Shown here: positions 47,201 to 49,696 of the stretch, in pieces
Numbering within the stretch: position 1 is the stretch's first letter
Layout: every line of letters begins with the position of its first letter
DNA from: Hyphochytrium catenoides
Lineage: Eukaryota > Protista > Hyphochytriomycota
Assembly (NCBI GenBank): GCA_900088475.1
Contig: FLMG01000366.1
Coordinates: 1-49,696 of the forward strand
Reading direction: 5' to 3'
DNA: 49,696 bases
The notes under the pieces: generated by a model
Seen by the model: the letters and a program-made list of their open reading frames with translations, nothing else
Told to the model about the DNA's origin: nothing
Database searches by the model: none
Translations under genes and position numbers: made by a program

Positions 47201-49145
47201 GCAGTTCTCGATGTTACCACTTTCAGGTCTTGCTCAAGCTTCCTTTCCTGTCATTCTTGCGTCTGCGCAATGGCTAGTGTGTCCGTTCCTCCGCATAAAT
47301 ATAGTAGGGGAATCTCAACGTGTTCTCTCACTTGTTATCAATTCCCTGTCTGCCCAGATATCTACGGACTCACTCACTCTGGATCCCAAGATGTTTCACA
47401 ACTACGTATTCATTCCCACAGCCTTCCTCACGTTAGCCTACACTTTCACTGCAGACAGAGCCTCTTGTTCTCTGTCTGCTAGGGCGGCAGAGCTCTCTCT
47501 TGACACTGTAAGGCTATTGCGTCTGTCTTTGGCGCACGCGATTATTCTCCTGTACAAATCTACCGAGTCGGCGTATAGAGTACAGTTCGCTTCTCTGTCT
47601 CTCATGGCAGATGGAGGAGACCCTCTTTCCTCATCTACGTTGGCCGTGGGAGGAGGTGGATTGCCTGCGCCTCCAGCGTCCTCGTTTAGTGATGCAGTGA
47701 CTTTCACTGCTTTCCATCGCGGTGGCGATAATAGGACCTTTGGAGAAAGGAGGGGCTCAGACGGATTTCGAGGGGATTCTCCTCCTTCTCCTACCACCTT
47801 CTCCTTTGAACCCAACCCCGATCTGTTCCCTGCAGCTCCTCCTCCCCCTCCTGCTCTTGCGTCTTCAACCGCGGCTCGGGAAAGAGAGCGGGGCACATCT
47901 CTCTCGCGCCTACTATCTGGCTCCCCTCTGTTGCCCCGGAAGCCTCTCCTGCAAACCAACCTAATGGAGCCTCTCTCCTCACTCTTACTCTCCCTCCCTA
48001 CATCGTCAGAAGCTGTTCAAGCGGCAAGAATTCTCTGTGTAGCACGGATAGCTCAAATACTTCTTACCACTTGTGGCCCTGGAGGCAATACCACGGCTTC
48101 AGTGTTCCAAGAACTCCATCGTGAGGGTGGAAGAGGAGCTGAAAGAGTGGAGGAACAGAGAGCGATTGAAGGTGACGAAGGTGCCTGGGAAGCCAAGAAT
48201 TGCAGTAGAGAATGGCGGAAGGAATGGGAAAGAAGTATCTTCCATCTCCGAGGTCTTCTGGCGGATGCTGCTGGCATTCAAGTATCCGAGAAGGCTGCGG
48301 AAGGCCCAGCTCTCTTCGTGTCTGTTTGTACAGCGCTAGAGCCCTTCCTCGTCCTCTCCAGTTGGCTCCTGGTCACTCGCTTCCCCTCTATCTTGGAGAA
48401 CGGAGGCATTCGAAAGGAAACCAGTGCACAACATGACACCTCGTTTCCTGCTGTATATAGTGGTGTACATAGCATGCTATCGACTGTGCTTCAATTGCCC
48501 TCTATTCCCCACCTTTTGAAGCACAGCGCAACTTTAGAGCTCATGAAGAAGTGGGCTAGGGCTGCAGGGGCGGCCTATCATCCTGTACTCTCCTCTGCTT
48601 CTCTGAGCCAATCCTCTCCCATTGATCTTACTTCACTCCTTCTGCAAGATGTATCCGCTGCAGCTGGCTGGCTAGGGCGAAGCCTTTCCCTCTTCTCCCT
48701 ACCTCACAGCTATACAGAGCTCTACTCCCAGCTTACGCTTAGAGTCTGTCCTTACTGTGGCAAGTTCCCTACTCGGCCTGCTCTCTGTCTTCTGTGTGGC
48801 TCGCTTCTATGCGCAGCCAGCAGCTGTCCTCGACACAAGGGAAGCAGGAGCAGAGGCGGATGCACTGAGCATGCGATTAGCTGCGGGCTAGGCATTGGAC
48901 TCTTCTTCCTTGTGATGGAAGGCACTGCCCTTCTCATGAGAGGGCTAACTTCTGCTTACTTCCCATCTCCGTACGTGGACGAGTATGGAGAAGAGCACAG
49001 AGAAACACAACGGGGACGGCCTCTGTTTCTTAACGCAAAGAGGATGGAGAAGCTGCAGCAACTGTGGGTCTGCCACCAAGTGGCTAGCGAGGTGGTACGG
49101 ATCAGGAACTCCTCAGAAAGGGTGATCAGGGAGGGATATTATTGA
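38270..49145 (+). CDS. UBR1: UBR1/UBR2-type N-recognin E3 ubiquitin ligase (N-degron pathway), about 21 exons
   Basis: UBR box CGYCFKPGDIAWNCRTCQADDTCVFCNECF..HEGH..GGCCDCGDPEAW. ClpS-like N-domain LLHNDDVHTIDEV. Also VSCHLPLHRFL and GLWKRNG. RING-H2 spread over exons: CIVC...LCGHAVHFSC...EFLCPFCK. C-terminal PALCLLCG..HAISCG..SPYVDEYGE..RGRPLFL. Confidence 0.93.
47125..47177. repeat. Short direct repeat in a UBR intron
   Basis: ttagatgtctcaactgctttcct occurs twice, about 28 bp apart. Confidence 0.8.
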
Positions 49146-49696
49146 ACGAGGAGGTGCAAGGGAAGATTCTGGAGAGGCACCTTCCGCCATTGGGCGCTGC
49201 AGTACCAATAAAGCAACGGCGAGGCAGATAGTGGATGCGACTTGTCCGTAGCAGAAGAGCGGCAAGTAGCCTCAAGCGCATTATCCACTGCCCTTGGTCC
49301 ATTTGTTGGGATGTGAATGGTACGTACGCAAACGATAAGTCTGTAAGAAGGAATACCAAGCGCTGTAAAAGACGAGACCGTCTGACCGAGACACAGTGTC
49401 AGCAGGAGTTCTGTAGCCTTGTGTACGATCCACCTAAGCTATTGCAATGTGAAGCTATTGCGAGGTAAGGTAGCGTCGCTCTGCGAAGCAGTTCACCCTG
49501 ACGAGTCGAGGACGGCACTCGGCTTTGGCTGTTAAGAGCATGGATAACCGAGGACAAATAATAGTCAGCCGTAGCGACATATATCTCGGGTAATAAGCTT
49601 CCTAGCAGATAATATTCACTCAAAAGTTAGGACCGCAAACAGTCCTAAACCTTCGCTATCTAGTGGACTTGCTTCTTGCCCAACTGATGTCGTCAC

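Overview
Eukaryotic nuclear DNA with GT-AG spliceosomal introns. It is probably from a stramenopile-like protist or alga (inferred from GDH/UBR sequence style, unverified). Left 8.4 kb: a Polinton/Ginger-type DDE integrase with one in-frame TAG, then three intronless genes (AIFM2/FSP1-like oxidoreductase, DODA/LigB extradiol dioxygenase, an orphan ~6-TM protein). The GA/CT-rich 10.3-18.1 kb stretch looks like junk in the ORF track, but it can be spliced by hand into one minus-strand gene of 21 exons (~1,530 codons including an assembly gap). That product has an N-terminal membrane anchor, a helical repeat array and tandem exon-pair modules with alternating intron phases (1,2,1,2...). Several modules carry a conserved RARRLWxSxGL motif that resembles a calmodulin-binding peptide. 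Two decayed 5' copies of this gene form a ~2.2-kb inverted repeat at 19.5-21.7 kb. Right half: an 18-exon large NAD-glutamate dehydrogenase with a mitochondrial-type presequence, a 3-exon PEX11, an intronless type II membrane GH16-like protein with the acid/base Glu replaced by Gln, a 3-copy tandem repeat, and a ~21-exon UBR1/2-type N-recognin E3 ligase. All gene models were derived by eye; no database searches were run.
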